NCBI GenBank assembly: GCA_963726455.1
Contig: CAVSCK010000004.1
Coordinates: forward strand, 704,001 to 768,000
Length of the DNA: 64,000 nucleotides
Direction of reading: 5' to 3'
Origin: an uncultured bacterium
GTDB lineage: Bacteria > Zixibacteria > MSB-5A5 > CAIYYT01
The notes under the pieces are model-generated. The model ran no database searches, was not told where the DNA came from, and was given only the letters and a program-made list of their open reading frames with translations. Made by a program: the position numbers and the translations under genes. This document shows positions 32,227-41,805 of the stretch, in pieces (within the stretch, counting starts at the first letter, position 1; each line of letters begins with the position of its first letter).

Positions 32227-34479
32227 TTAAACGCCGGGTGTCGGCACCGGCTCAGTCTGCTTGTGTGATTTGTGCTTGCACTCCGGACAGTAAAGATGTG
32301 CGCCGTCGCGTTTGGTGTCCTTTTCAACCATGTAGGCAGAGCCGCAATTAGGGCACTTCTCTCCCACCGGTTTGTACCAGGACGCGAAATCGCACTTCGG
32401 GTATTTGGAGCATCCCCAGAAAACTTTGGCGCCGCGCGTGCGTTTTTCGACGACGTCGCCGCCACAGTCGGGTTTCGGACACTTGAGGCCGATAGTCAGG
32501 GATTTGGTGTTCTTGCAGTTCGGATAAGCCGAGCAAGCGATGAATTTACCGAATCTTCCCTGCTTGACGACCATCGGTGAACCGCAAAGTTCACACTTTT
32601 GATCGGTCGCTACGTCTTCCTTGCCTTCCAACGGTTGGGTGTTCTTGCACTCAGGATAACCGGAGCAAGCCAAGAACCTGCCGTTGCGACCCCATTTTTC
32701 GACCATCTGCTTGCCGCACTTGTCGCAAACGACATCGGACACTTTCTGCGTGGATTCTTTCAATTCCTTCTGGTTGGCGTCTACCGCTTTCAAACGTTTG
32801 GCAAACGGCCCATAGAAATCTGAAAGCGCGCCGTTCCAGGTGATCTCACCTTCCTCGACGCGATCCAATTCGTCTTCCATTTGAGCGGTAAATTGCACCG
32901 AAAAAATGTCGGGGAATTCCTGAACCAACAGTGTATTGACAGTCTTGCCAAGATCGGTGGGCAGCAGTCGCCGACTTTGCAGCTCGACGTACTTGCGCGT
33001 CTTGAGAGTTGTCACGATCTGCGCATATGTTGATGGCCGCCCAATTCCATTGGCTTCCAGTTCTTTCACAAGAGACGCCTCTGAGAATCGTGCCGGCGGT
33101 TTGGTGAAGTGCTGAGAGGAACTCACGTCATTCAGGCCGACTTTGTCGCCTTCGGCGAGCTTCGGCAGCGTCGCTGCTTCGCCATTTCCGTTGCCATTGC
33201 CGTTCTCTTCCGGAGTCCAGCTGTAGACAGCCAGGAATCCCTCGAAAACGACCTTCTGGCTGGTGGCGCGGAATTGATACTTCCCGCCGGTGATATCGAT
33301 GGAAAGCTGGTCGAACTCTGCCGGCGCCATTTGTGACGCCAGGAAGCGATTCCAGATCAACTCGTACAGACGGAATTGATCGCGCGTCAGCGATTTCTTG
33401 ACCTTCTCCGGAGGATAATCCAGATAGGTCGGGCGGATGGCTTCGTGCGCATCCTGTGCCGCTTTCTTGGTCTTGTAGAAATTCGGCGGATCAGGGTAAT
33501 AATCCTTGCCGTAGATATTCTCGATATAGGTCTTGGCAGCGGCGGCGGCTTCGGCAGCGATGCGGACCGAGTCGGTACGCATGTAGGTAATCAGGCCGAC
33601 CTGGCCTTCGGAAGCGATTTCGACGCCTTCATATAATGATTGCGCCACCTGCATCGTTTTGGACGACGAGAATCCCAATCGGATTGAGGCGTCCTGCTGC
33701 AAAGTTGACGTTATATAAGGAGGGAGTGCGCGGCGGGTGCGTCGTTCCGTCTGGACACTCGAAATTGCATATTTCTGGCCGAGAAGATCGGTCCTGAGGG
33801 TTTCGGCCTCAGTGGCGCCGGCGACCTTGAAATCCTGTCCGTCGACTTTAAACAGCCGCGCCTGGAAAGTTTCCTTTTTGGACGTCTCGAACGTGCCGAG
33901 GAATTTCCAGTACTCTTCGGGAACGAACGCCTGAATTTCCGCTTCGCGCTCACAAATGATTCGCAGCGCCACGGACTGCACACGTCCGGCGGACAGGCCG
34001 CGATACACGGTTCGCCACAGTACCGGGCTGACCTTGTAACCCACGATGCGGTCGAGAATACGGCGCGCCTGTTGCGCGTTTACCAAATTCTGGTCAATGT
34101 CACGGGCCTGCTTGATGCCGTCAAGCACGGCCCTTTTGGTGATTTCGTTGAATGTTGCCCGGCGAATCTCCGCGCCGCAGCCACTCAGCTTGCCTGCGAC
34201 ATGCTGCGCAATGGCTTCGCCTTCACGGTCAGGGTCTGGCGCCAGATACACGACCTTGGCTTTCTTGGCAGCATCCTTGAGATCCTTAAGTAACGGAGCT
34301 TTCCCCTTAATCACTACATATTCCGGCTGAAAGTCGTTCTCAAGGTCAATACCCAGTTTCGACTTCGGTAGGTCCATCACATGGCCGACCGTTGCCTTAA
34401 TGGTATAGTCCTTGCCCAGGAATTTTGCCAGAGTCTTCGATTTTGTCGGTGACTCAACTATGACCAGATTCTTTGCCAA
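32227..34479 (-). CDS. topA: DNA topoisomerase I with C-terminal zinc ribbons
   Basis: LVIVESP, DPDREGE, SAGRVQS, LITYMRTDS, QDAHEAIRPT, GIGRPSTYA, repeated CxxC ribbons. Confidence 0.98.
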   Translation of the reverse strand: MAKNLVIVESPTKSKTLAKFLGKDYTIKATVGHVMDLPKSKLGIDLENDFQPEYVVIKGKAPLLKDLKDAAKKAKVVYLAPDPDREGEAIAQHVAGKLSGCGAEIRRATFNEITKRAVLDGIKQARDIDQNLVNAQQARRILDRIVGYKVSPVLWRTVYRGLSAGRVQSVALRIICEREAEIQAFVPEEYWKFLGTFETSKKETFQARLFKVDGQDFKVAGATEAETLRTDLLGQKYAISSVQTERRTRRALPPYITSTLQQDASIRLGFSSSKTMQVAQSLYEGVEIASEGQVGLITYMRTDSVRIAAEAAAAAKTYIENIYGKDYYPDPPNFYKTKKAAQDAHEAIRPTYLDYPPEKVKKSLTRDQFRLYELIWNRFLASQMAPAEFDQLSIDITGGKYQFRATSQKVVFEGFLAVYSWTPEENGNGNGNGEAATLPKLAEGDKVGLNDVSSSQHFTKPPARFSEASLVKELEANGIGRPSTYAQIVTTLKTRKYVELQSRRLLPTDLGKTVNTLLVQEFPDIFSVQFTAQMEDELDRVEEGEITWNGALSDFYGPFAKRLKAVDANQKELKESTQKVSDVVCDKCGKQMVEKWGRNGRFLACSGYPECKNTQPLEGKEDVATDQKCELCGSPMVVKQGRFGKFIACSAYPNCKNTKSLTIGLKCPKPDCGGDVVEKRTRGAKVFWGCSKYPKCDFASWYKPVGEKCPNCGSAYMVEKDTKRDGAHLYCPECKHKSHKQTEPVPTPGV

Positions 34480-34484
34480 TTCAA

Positions 34485-34718
34485 CTATTCCTTAAAATGA
34501 TAAGGTATCTTGCTGCTAAGTAAATCCTCAATGGCCTGCGTCGTAACTTTCCGGTAGTCAATGATAGATTCACTCTCTTCCGTCAATGCTTCCATTTGTT
34601 GCAGCCGTGTCGTGTTGATATTTCGCGCTCTCTTGGAGGCAACCAGCACTGCCTCGTAAGGATTGGAAACTATTTTTCCCAAATTGGTCAGCAACATGGT
34701 GTTCGTTCTGTCATCCAT
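34485..34718 (-). CDS. rpoZ: RNA polymerase omega subunit
   Basis: NPYEAVLVASKRARNI...KVTTQAIEDL; follows gmk; GGAG SD. Confidence 0.85.
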   Translation of the reverse strand: MDDRTNTMLLTNLGKIVSNPYEAVLVASKRARNINTTRLQQMEALTEESESIIDYRKVTTQAIEDLLSSKIPYHFKE

Positions 34719-34729
34719 AAAGGTCACTC

Positions 34730-35359
34730 CTATTGAAAAGATATTGTCTTGCAACGCCCTACGTTCTGCGACTCCGCTCTGATTATATCCAAAACCAGAT
34801 TCACGGTCTCATCTAAGTCATTGTTGCAGACAACGTAGTCATATTTCGACCAAAACCTTATTTCCTTTAGCGCCCGCGCCAGCCGAGACTTTGACTCGGA
34901 AACTGACTCAGTTTTGCGGTTCACGAGCCGGCTGCGCAGTACGCTCATGCTCGGCGGCAATACAAAGACCAGTACTGAATCTTTGCGCCATTTCTTAATC
35001 GACATGCCGCCTTGCACATCTATGTCAAAGAGCACCAGCCGGTTTTGCCTCACTAAGGCAAGCACCCGTTTCTTGGGTGTGCCATACCAGTGGTCAAAAA
35101 CCCTGGCCGTCTCTATAAACTCTCCCCGATTGGATTTGTTCCGGAACTGTTCCGTCGACAGAAAATAGTAGTCCTTGCCTTCTTTCTCGCCTCGCCGCCT
35201 GGGCCTGGTCGTTGCGGATATAGAGACGCAGAATCGGCGATCTCGTTTTAGTAATTCCCGCACAATTGTGGATTTTCCTGTGCCGGAAGGGCCCGACAGA
35301 ACCACCAGCAGCGGTTTCTGGGCATTAATCTGCTTTGCCGGGGATCGCCTTTGCGTCAT
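34730..35359 (-). CDS. gmk: Guanylate kinase
   Basis: SGPSGTGKST, SISATTRPRR, YGTP, DIDVQG, LPPS. Confidence 0.97.
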   Translation of the reverse strand: MTQRRSPAKQINAQKPLLVVLSGPSGTGKSTIVRELLKRDRRFCVSISATTRPRRRGEKEGKDYYFLSTEQFRNKSNRGEFIETARVFDHWYGTPKKRVLALVRQNRLVLFDIDVQGGMSIKKWRKDSVLVFVLPPSMSVLRSRLVNRKTESVSESKSRLARALKEIRFWSKYDYVVCNNDLDETVNLVLDIIRAESQNVGRCKTISFQ

Positions 35360-36252
35360 TCGATGTTCTGTACTTGCTCTCGGAGCTTTTCGATTTCCTC
35401 ACGAATATTGATAACCTGTGACGAAATCTCGTAGACAATTGATTTGGACCCGATGGTATTAGCTTCGCGATTCATTTCCTGCAAGATGAAATTGAGCCGC
35501 TTGCCGGTATCGCCCGGCGCCTTGATCGCCGCTATGAACGCCTCACAATGGCTGCGGAGCCGCACGCACTCTTCGGTCACATCAGACTTGTCAGCCAGCA
35601 GGGTAATCTCTATATCGAGACGCAGCTTGCGCTCTTCGGAATCCCCCAGCCGTTGACCTTCCGGCAGCAATTCCTCTATCAGTTCGGACAGCCGCTGGCG
35701 ATATCGTTCCAATGACTTGGCCCGGCCGTTCTCGATTGTCTCCAGCGCCTTCTCGACCAGGCGTACGCGCTGAACCATATCCTTGGCGAGCGCATTGCCC
35801 TCGCGCTGCCGCATCATATTCATGCTGGCGATGGCTTTCTTCACGCCCAAGATCAGCTTGTTTACTTCCGAACGCGAAATCGACTGTGCCGGAGTAGCGC
35901 TGAAAAGCTCAGGCAGGCCGGTAAAATTGGAGATACTGATGTCGCCTGCGAGTTTGAATTTCGCCTTGAGGTCTTTGAACATCTTGTAGTAAAGTTTGGC
36001 CGCCGGCTCATTCAGGATGAGCATCTGCGGGGTGATATTGCCATCCTCGATCGCGACCGTGACCGACAGCTTCCCCCGCGACACAAGCTTGCCGATCGCC
36101 TCGCGTACCTCGTTTTCGTACTCCGCGAAGACTTTCGGGAGCCGCAGCGAGACTTCCAGATAGCGATTGTTTACGGAAGTGACCTCGACAGTCACCTTTT
36201 TGGAGCGGATAGTTGTCTCGGCTTTACCGTAGCCGGTCATACTTGAAATCAT
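35356..36252 (-). CDS. yicC: YicC/YloC family endoribonuclease
   Basis: MISSMTGYG, SVNNRYL, DVTEECVRL, GKRLNFILQEMNREANTIGSK, REQVQNIE. Confidence 0.95.
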   Translation of the reverse strand: MISSMTGYGKAETTIRSKKVTVEVTSVNNRYLEVSLRLPKVFAEYENEVREAIGKLVSRGKLSVTVAIEDGNITPQMLILNEPAAKLYYKMFKDLKAKFKLAGDISISNFTGLPELFSATPAQSISRSEVNKLILGVKKAIASMNMMRQREGNALAKDMVQRVRLVEKALETIENGRAKSLERYRQRLSELIEELLPEGQRLGDSEERKLRLDIEITLLADKSDVTEECVRLRSHCEAFIAAIKAPGDTGKRLNFILQEMNREANTIGSKSIVYEISSQVINIREEIEKLREQVQNIE

Positions 36253-36327
36253 TAACCCTCACTCAGCCAAATCGATCATTAAAGTAGCAGGCGCGGTCAT
36301 TTGTCAACGAAAAAAAGTCGACGGTTG

Positions 36328-36356
36328 TTGACATGGGTCGTACAACAGTCTACTTT
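36328..36356 (+). promoter_or_regulatory. Sigma-70 promoter for the NFACT gene
   Basis: TTGACA-17 nt-TACTTT, 11 nt upstream of the ATG; a mirror TTGACA...TACTTT (15-nt spacer) faces yicC at 36281-36307. Confidence 0.65.
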
Positions 36357-36367
36357 GGACCACAGTT

Positions 36368-37888
36368 ATGTTACCTAAGAACTCAGTCGTAACCGGTTAT
36401 CTGGCATTGGAATATCATTCCCTATTGGACGGTGCATTTCTCGTTCGGGTGGAGCACCAGAAAGAAGGCAAGATTTTTCGCTTTTCGTTCAAGGCCAATG
36501 ACAAATATCGACTGGAATTCTCTTTTGCCCCGCCGTCGTTCCTTTTGCAGGGTGGCTGGACGAAACGGGACGACGCCTTCGAAATCTGGCAGGAATGCTC
36601 CGGTACCATCGTGACCAGGGTCTCGCCTGTCGCTGGAAACCGGGCTATGATTGTAGAGATTCGCAAGGATACTGAGGGCGCTCTAGTTCGCAATTTCAAG
36701 ATCGTTTTTGAGATGTTCGGTGCACAGGCAAATGCATTTCTGCTCGACGAATCGGACACAATTCTACATGCGCTCCGGGTCGTCAAGAACGACCGACGTC
36801 TCAAGCCCGGCGCAAAGTATGTGACCTCAGACACCGTGGGTAAGACTGAAGAGTCGGGTGTAGTTGATATCGCTACCGTCGGCGCGACCAAATATCTACT
36901 GGAATTCGACAGCCGCCATCACAAGGTCGTGACTGAGCCGCCCAGCAAACTGGAACTGGATCGGAAGACACCCCTGGTCTCCCTATTCCAGTCACTCCAT
37001 GAAGCGCAATCGCAGCAGCTTGAGCTCGGACAAGCCAGAGCATCGGCGCTCGGCTCCCTAAAGCAGGAGATCAAGAAGCACGAGCGAACGCTGGCGCAAC
37101 TTAACCAGGATTTGGAACAGTGCCGCGAAGCCGAACAACTCAAGCAATGGGGTGATCTTCTGATGGCAAATCTTGACGCCAAGCCGGAGAAAGAGCATTT
37201 GCGCCTGGCCGATTTCTACCATGGCGACAAGATGATTAAGGTTCCGCTGGTCGCCGGAAAAACGGTTTTGACATCTGCCGCCACATATTATAAGCGCGCC
37301 AAACGGCTGCAGCGCATGCCGGAGATAATCAAACCACGAATTGCGAAGATCGAGCAGACGGTGGCGCGTTTGTTGCGGCAATCAGAGCTGATCAAGCAGG
37401 CCGCGGATCTCGATCAGCTAAGAAAGCTCGCAGCAATCCATCCAGTTCAGAGCCATTCAAAATCCTCTGACAAGACCGGGGTGTCCGAGACATCCACTTC
37501 TTATCGAACATTCTATTCGTCGAGTGACGAGAAGATTCTCGTGGGCAAATCCGCTGCCGGAAATGATGTGCTCACCTTCAAGGTTGCGCGCACCTATGAC
37601 TGGTGGTTTCACGCACAGCAGGCGGCGGGGTCTCACGTTGTCCTTGTTGTGAACGACAAAAACCGCGCACCGTCAAAGAAGTCTGTCACCGAGGCCGCTC
37701 AATTGGCCGCCTACTACTCTGACATGAAGAAATCTCATCATGTGCCGGTCATGTATGCCGAACGGCGTTATGTGCGCAAAGCCAAAGGCGGTGCTCCGGG
37801 AAAAGTTGTACTTCCGCAGTTCAAGTCGATATTTGTCAGTCCCCAATTGCCACCCACAGTCTCTGAAGATAAAGTTGACTTGCGTTGA
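36368..37888 (+). CDS. rqcH: NFACT/RqcH (FbpA) ribosome quality-control protein
   Basis: FEMFGAQANAFLLD, coiled coil, GDLLMANL, YYKRAKR, NFACT-R ILVGKSAAGND...WFHAQQAAGSHVV...AAQLAAYYS...VRKAKGGAPGKV. Confidence 0.88.
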   Translation: MLPKNSVVTGYLALEYHSLLDGAFLVRVEHQKEGKIFRFSFKANDKYRLEFSFAPPSFLLQGGWTKRDDAFEIWQECSGTIVTRVSPVAGNRAMIVEIRKDTEGALVRNFKIVFEMFGAQANAFLLDESDTILHALRVVKNDRRLKPGAKYVTSDTVGKTEESGVVDIATVGATKYLLEFDSRHHKVVTEPPSKLELDRKTPLVSLFQSLHEAQSQQLELGQARASALGSLKQEIKKHERTLAQLNQDLEQCREAEQLKQWGDLLMANLDAKPEKEHLRLADFYHGDKMIKVPLVAGKTVLTSAATYYKRAKRLQRMPEIIKPRIAKIEQTVARLLRQSELIKQAADLDQLRKLAAIHPVQSHSKSSDKTGVSETSTSYRTFYSSSDEKILVGKSAAGNDVLTFKVARTYDWWFHAQQAAGSHVVLVVNDKNRAPSKKSVTEAAQLAAYYSDMKKSHHVPVMYAERRYVRKAKGGAPGKVVLPQFKSIFVSPQLPPTVSEDKVDLR

Positions 37889-37910
37889 CTAACGCGGCAT
37901 CTTGCCGAAC

Positions 37911-38243
37911 ATGAGACCATACCAGACATTCGCCCTGATCACTCTCATTGTCGCTGCTGCTGTATTCATACACTTGCGGAACATCCGAACCGACCCGCGC
38001 GCAGAGAAGCTCGCGAATGCCTATGTCGAGCTGGCAGTGCTGCACCAACTTTCCGACACCACTACATTCATTTATGACGCCAAACGGGATTCGATATTGG
38101 CGAAAATGGGCCTCGACGAAAAGTCATTCCTCGGCCTGGAGGATGAACTCAAACAAGAACCGGCGAGGTTGATTGAAGTCTGGGATCTGGTCGAGAAGAA
38201 ACTGAAGGCGCGCAAGGAGTCGCTGGATATCATCAAGCAGTGA
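37911..38243 (+). CDS. Small exported helical protein (possibly DUF4296-like)
   Basis: N-terminal hydrophobic segment; YVEL...DSILAKMGLDEKSF...W pattern. Confidence 0.55.
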   Translation: MRPYQTFALITLIVAAAVFIHLRNIRTDPRAEKLANAYVELAVLHQLSDTTTFIYDAKRDSILAKMGLDEKSFLGLEDELKQEPARLIEVWDLVEKKLKARKESLDIIKQ

Positions 38244-38604
38244 AGGCGGCTTGGCGATGTTCAATCTCGCATTCTCCCCCACGCTCGCGCACAACGATCA
38301 CGTCAAATCTATATGACTTGTATGACACGATAGACTCCTGGATGAATGCTTCCGCAACCTTGATAATGGCTTCGCGTTTGCGTTCATCGACACGGTAGAC
38401 GGGATCGCCGAATGCCGCCGACTTGCCACCTTTCACCTCGACGAATACCAGTTCGCCATCAGTCGAGCAGATGATGTCGATTTCGTTGCGTTCACGCCGG
38501 AAATTGGTGGCGACAATCTCGTAGCCGGCATTGCGCAAGTATGCTGCGGCATGCTGTTCGTACTTTCTGCCCCGCCGAACGCGATTGACAGGATTAGTCG
38601 GCAA
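38233..38604 (-). CDS. yraN: YraN family (UPF0102) protein
   Basis: GRKYEQHAAAYL, NFR, EIDII, LVFVEVK, RFDVI. Confidence 0.93.
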   Translation of the reverse strand: MPTNPVNRVRRGRKYEQHAAAYLRNAGYEIVATNFRRERNEIDIICSTDGELVFVEVKGGKSAAFGDPVYRVDERKREAIIKVAEAFIQESIVSYKSYRFDVIVVRERGGECEIEHRQAAFTA

Positions 38605-39220
38605 AGTGCAGTTCCTGCTGTTCGGGGAGCAGTGTGAAACTCTTGCGGTGAATCCCCAGAACGCCGAATTGCTCGATCATGCGGCGATGCTCAGGTGTCG
38701 GATAACCTTTATGGCGGTCGAAACCGTACTGGGGAAATTGTCGGTGATATTCCAGCATCAGCCGATCACGAGTGACCTTGGCGATTATCGATGCACAGGC
38801 AATCGACAGGACCTTGCCATCGCCACCGATGATGCACTGCTGTGGTATAGACAATTCGGGGATCGTCTGATTGCCGTCCACAAGTACGAAGTCCGGAGCT
38901 GTCGGCAGTTGCGCGATGGCTGCACGCATGGCCGCGAACGTTGCCTGTAAGATGTTGATGCGGTCGATTTCGTCAGACTCGATTGCCGCGGCTCCATAGC
39001 AGCGACACTCGCGCACGATTCGTTCGAACGCATTCTCGCGCTGATTCGCCGAAAGCTTCTTGGAATCGTCGACACCGGCCGGATCAAATTTATCGGGGAG
39101 TATGACGGCAGCGGCAACCACCGGCCCGGCGAGAGGTCCGCGCCCGGCTTCATCGACGCCGCAGACGATCGAGTGTCCCTGTCGGCGCAGCTTTGATTCT
39201 ATTTGTGACCAATGCGGCAT
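38594..39220 (-). CDS. rnhB: Ribonuclease HII
   Basis: GVDEAGRGPLAGPV, DSKKL, INILQAT, VDGN, ASIIAKVTRD, HKGY, HRKSF. Confidence 0.97.
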   Translation of the reverse strand: MPHWSQIESKLRRQGHSIVCGVDEAGRGPLAGPVVAAAVILPDKFDPAGVDDSKKLSANQRENAFERIVRECRCYGAAAIESDEIDRINILQATFAAMRAAIAQLPTAPDFVLVDGNQTIPELSIPQQCIIGGDGKVLSIACASIIAKVTRDRLMLEYHRQFPQYGFDRHKGYPTPEHRRMIEQFGVLGIHRKSFTLLPEQQELHFAD

Positions 39221-39284
39221 GGGAGAAAGAAGGTTCGATTAGTACATGGGGTCAACAAGAACTTGTCTGGCTGTTGCTGCCACC

Positions 39285-39300
39285 CGCCGTCAGGAACCCT
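39285..39300 (+). repeat. Half copy of the GCCGTCAGGAA palindrome
   Basis: CGCCGTCAGGAACCCT is the exact reverse complement of 40618-40633. Confidence 0.65.
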
Positions 39301-39433
39301 AAGGTTGACGCAAGAGTTCATCTGGTTCAATTCTGGCCGGGCGTCGGTTCACAATTTCGCGCTGACGGATCAATAATACCGGCGATTTGCGAACGGGCCG
39401 CGCGAAATCAGGAACCGACGCAACAGCCACTCT

Positions 39434-39451
39434 CCCGGACGAACGTCCGGG
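39434..39451. repeat. Short perfect hairpin CCCGGAC-GAAC-GTCCGGG
   Basis: 7-bp stem; a partial echo ACGTCCGG follows immediately. Confidence 0.5.
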
Positions 39452-39475
39452 GCACACGTCCGGATACGGGGGCTT

Positions 39476-39502
39476 GTCATTCCCACGAAAGTGGGAATCC
39501 AG
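39476..39502. repeat. ATTCCC-N8-GGGAAT palindromic repeat (dRS3-like)
   Basis: GTCATTCCCACGAAAGTGGGAATCCAG, matching the widespread GTCATTCCCGCGAAAGCGGGAATCCAG repeat type. Confidence 0.75.
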
Positions 39503-39593
39503 GCCGATTCGCGCTCTAATGAAGAAGCAGAATCATAACTGCACGATACTCTCTCGCCCGCGGACTTCAACGTGACAAACAGGAATGTTTATC

Positions 39594-40538
39594 CTACCGA
39601 ATCAACTTGCGGCTGCGGTAGAGCTCGATCGTGTCGGCGATGCCTTTTTCGTACAGGGTAGGAGTGACTTTGAACTGCTGCTCGAATTTGGTGGAATCGA
39701 AAATATACTCATACTCGTTCTGATAGAGCATCTCCCGAAGCTCTTTCACGATCGGATCAAAGATGCCGCCCAGAGTAAGCATGAATTTGTTTAGCACCTG
39801 GAAATCGGGGCGTGTTCCCAACTTCTGCGCGACAATCTCGATGAATTCCCTGCCTGTCAGCGGCGGGTGTGCTGTCGGAAGATGCCAGACCTGGCCGTAG
39901 GCGGAGTCTGTCGTTGCCAGTAGGTAAAGCGCTTTGCCACAATCTCCAGTATACGTGAACGAGTGCGCAACCTCGGCATTGGCCATCCATCTCGCCTTCT
40001 TGCCTGCTGCCAATCTCTCAATGACCAAAAGGAATGGGACGCTGGTCTTGTCGGCGTGCGGGCCGTAGAAGTCAGCCGAGCGCGCGATCATCCCCTTTAC
40101 TCTGCCACTGTTAATCGCAGTCATCAGGCATGCAGCTATTTGCGCCCTCACCTCTCCCTTCTTGCTGCACGGATTTGTGGGGGTGGTCTCGGTCATAGGT
40201 CCATCGACCTTGCCGTAGAGGTACACATTATCGAAGAATATCAGCCGCGCGCCTTTTGCTTCGCAAGCATCAACGACGTTTTTCATGATGACCGGCCACT
40301 GTTGCCGCCAGACGGATATATTGTAAGGAAGCCCGGCGAGAAGATAAACAACTGATCCGCCTTCGATCGTGTCAGCAACTTGTTTGGCATTCGTCATATC
40401 GGCGGCGACCGACTCCGCGCCCTCGTGATCTCTTCCCGATCTGGACACCAGCTTGACCTTCTCACCGCGCGCAATCAACTCGTCTGTGAGAACGTCTCCG
40501 ATCGCTCCGCCCGCGCCAAGGATTATGTGCTTCGACAT
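39594..40538 (-). CDS. NAD-dependent epimerase/dehydratase (atypical SDR)
   Basis: ILGAGGAIG, FFDNVYLYG, KKGEVR, RSADFYGP, HSFTY, GQVWHLP, EMLYQ. Confidence 0.9.
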   Translation of the reverse strand: MSKHIILGAGGAIGDVLTDELIARGEKVKLVSRSGRDHEGAESVAADMTNAKQVADTIEGGSVVYLLAGLPYNISVWRQQWPVIMKNVVDACEAKGARLIFFDNVYLYGKVDGPMTETTPTNPCSKKGEVRAQIAACLMTAINSGRVKGMIARSADFYGPHADKTSVPFLLVIERLAAGKKARWMANAEVAHSFTYTGDCGKALYLLATTDSAYGQVWHLPTAHPPLTGREFIEIVAQKLGTRPDFQVLNKFMLTLGGIFDPIVKELREMLYQNEYEYIFDSTKFEQQFKVTPTLYEKGIADTIELYRSRKLIR

Positions 40539-40605
40539 TGCCTCTTAATTCCCTTTCTGAATTCTTCAGACTAACTTGCTATGTTACGCCACACTATAAA
40601 ACAAT

Positions 40606-40634
40606 ACGCCGTCAGGAAGGGTTCCTGACGGCGT
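40606..40634. repeat. GCCGTCAGGAA-family palindrome
   Basis: ACGCCGTCAGGAA-GGG-TTCCTGACGGCGT, a perfect 13-bp stem downstream of rplS. Confidence 0.75.
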
Positions 40635-40672
40635 TCACAACTATCTCAGAAGAATTGCGAATAAATTCGCAG

Positions 40673-41032
40673 CTAATCTTCTTTGAGTTCTTTCTTCTTC
40701 TCGTCGATACGGGCGGACTTGCCGGCACGTTCGCGCAGGTAATTCAATTTAGCGCGGTGGACCTTGCCTTCACGCACTCTTTCGATCTTGGCGATGTTCG
40801 GCGAATGCACGGGGTAGATCTTTTCGACGGCAATCCCCGCGGACATCTTGCGTACCGTGAAAGTTGCTCCGGTGCCGCTGCCGCGTTTGCCGATAACTAC
40901 GCCCTGAAATACCTGAATACGGGTCTTGTCGCCTTCCTCAATTGTCTGGTGAACGGCGATTGTATCACCGGGAGAGAAACTAAGTTTCTGCTCCTTGAGA
41001 TATTTCTCTTCGAATTTGTCAAGCTGATTCAT
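40673..41032 (-). CDS. rplS: 50S ribosomal protein L19
   Basis: [40 protein letters not shown]. Confidence 0.98.
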   Translation of the reverse strand: MNQLDKFEEKYLKEQKLSFSPGDTIAVHQTIEEGDKTRIQVFQGVVIGKRGSGTGATFTVRKMSAGIAVEKIYPVHSPNIAKIERVREGKVHRAKLNYLRERAGKSARIDEKKKELKED

Positions 41033-41041
41033 TGTATCCTC

Positions 41042-41797
41042 CTAAAAGCAATTATCAAATTCATGTCCGGCTGCGATATTCTGCAGCATCGATCTATCTT
41101 CATCCGTAAGTTCGGCATGCCGAAGCAAATCAGGCCTATTGTTCATTGTCTTTTGCAGTGCCGCCCAGCGACGATATTGCTGTTGCCGCGCGTGGTTGCC
41201 CTCAACCAACACCGGCGGTACGGCGGCGCCTTTAAATTCGGCCGGGCGAGTGTAGACCGGTACGCCCAGAATATCCTCGCTGAAGGAATCACTCAAAGCT
41301 GATTCGATCTTACTGATCGCGCCCGGAATGAGGCGGAACACTGATTCCAGAATCACCAAAGCCGCGGTCTCGCCGCCATTTATTATGTAATCTCCTATCG
41401 AGACTTCCTCGATGTTGAAGAAATTATGAATGCGATCATCGACGCCCTTGTAACGTCCGCAGATAATCGCGAGATGATCAAGCAGTGAATATTCGGTCGC
41501 CATACCCTGACTGAATTTCTTGCCGGAGGCGGACGTCAACAGGATGCGAGCGTTATCCTGAGCGCTTCTACCGAGTACCTGCGTAAGGCAGTCGTAAAGC
41601 GGCTCGACTTTCATTACCATGCCGGCGCCACCGCCGAACGGTGTGTCATCGACGGATTTGTGCTTATCATGGGTGTAGTCACGAATATCGACCAACTCGA
41701 TTTCGATGGTTTTGGAATCAATCGCTTTTTTGAGCAGCGACTGTTCCAGCGGCGAAGCAAAGAACTCCGGAAATATGGTCAGAATCGTGATCTTCAT
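41042..41797 (-). CDS. trmD: tRNA (guanine37-N1)-methyltransferase
   Basis: TIFPE, VDDTPFGGGAGMV, CGRYKGVDDR, SIGDYIINGGE, YTRP. Confidence 0.97.
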   Translation of the reverse strand: MKITILTIFPEFFASPLEQSLLKKAIDSKTIEIELVDIRDYTHDKHKSVDDTPFGGGAGMVMKVEPLYDCLTQVLGRSAQDNARILLTSASGKKFSQGMATEYSLLDHLAIICGRYKGVDDRIHNFFNIEEVSIGDYIINGGETAALVILESVFRLIPGAISKIESALSDSFSEDILGVPVYTRPAEFKGAAVPPVLVEGNHARQQQYRRWAALQKTMNNRPDLLRHAELTDEDRSMLQNIAAGHEFDNCF

Positions 41798-41805
41798 AAA
41801 CTCGG

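Noticed and set aside
39193-39575. Short ORFs in the rnhB-epimerase gap
   Set aside because: WIPTFVGMT is simply the translation of the ATTCCC-N8-GGGAAT repeat; there is no coding signal.
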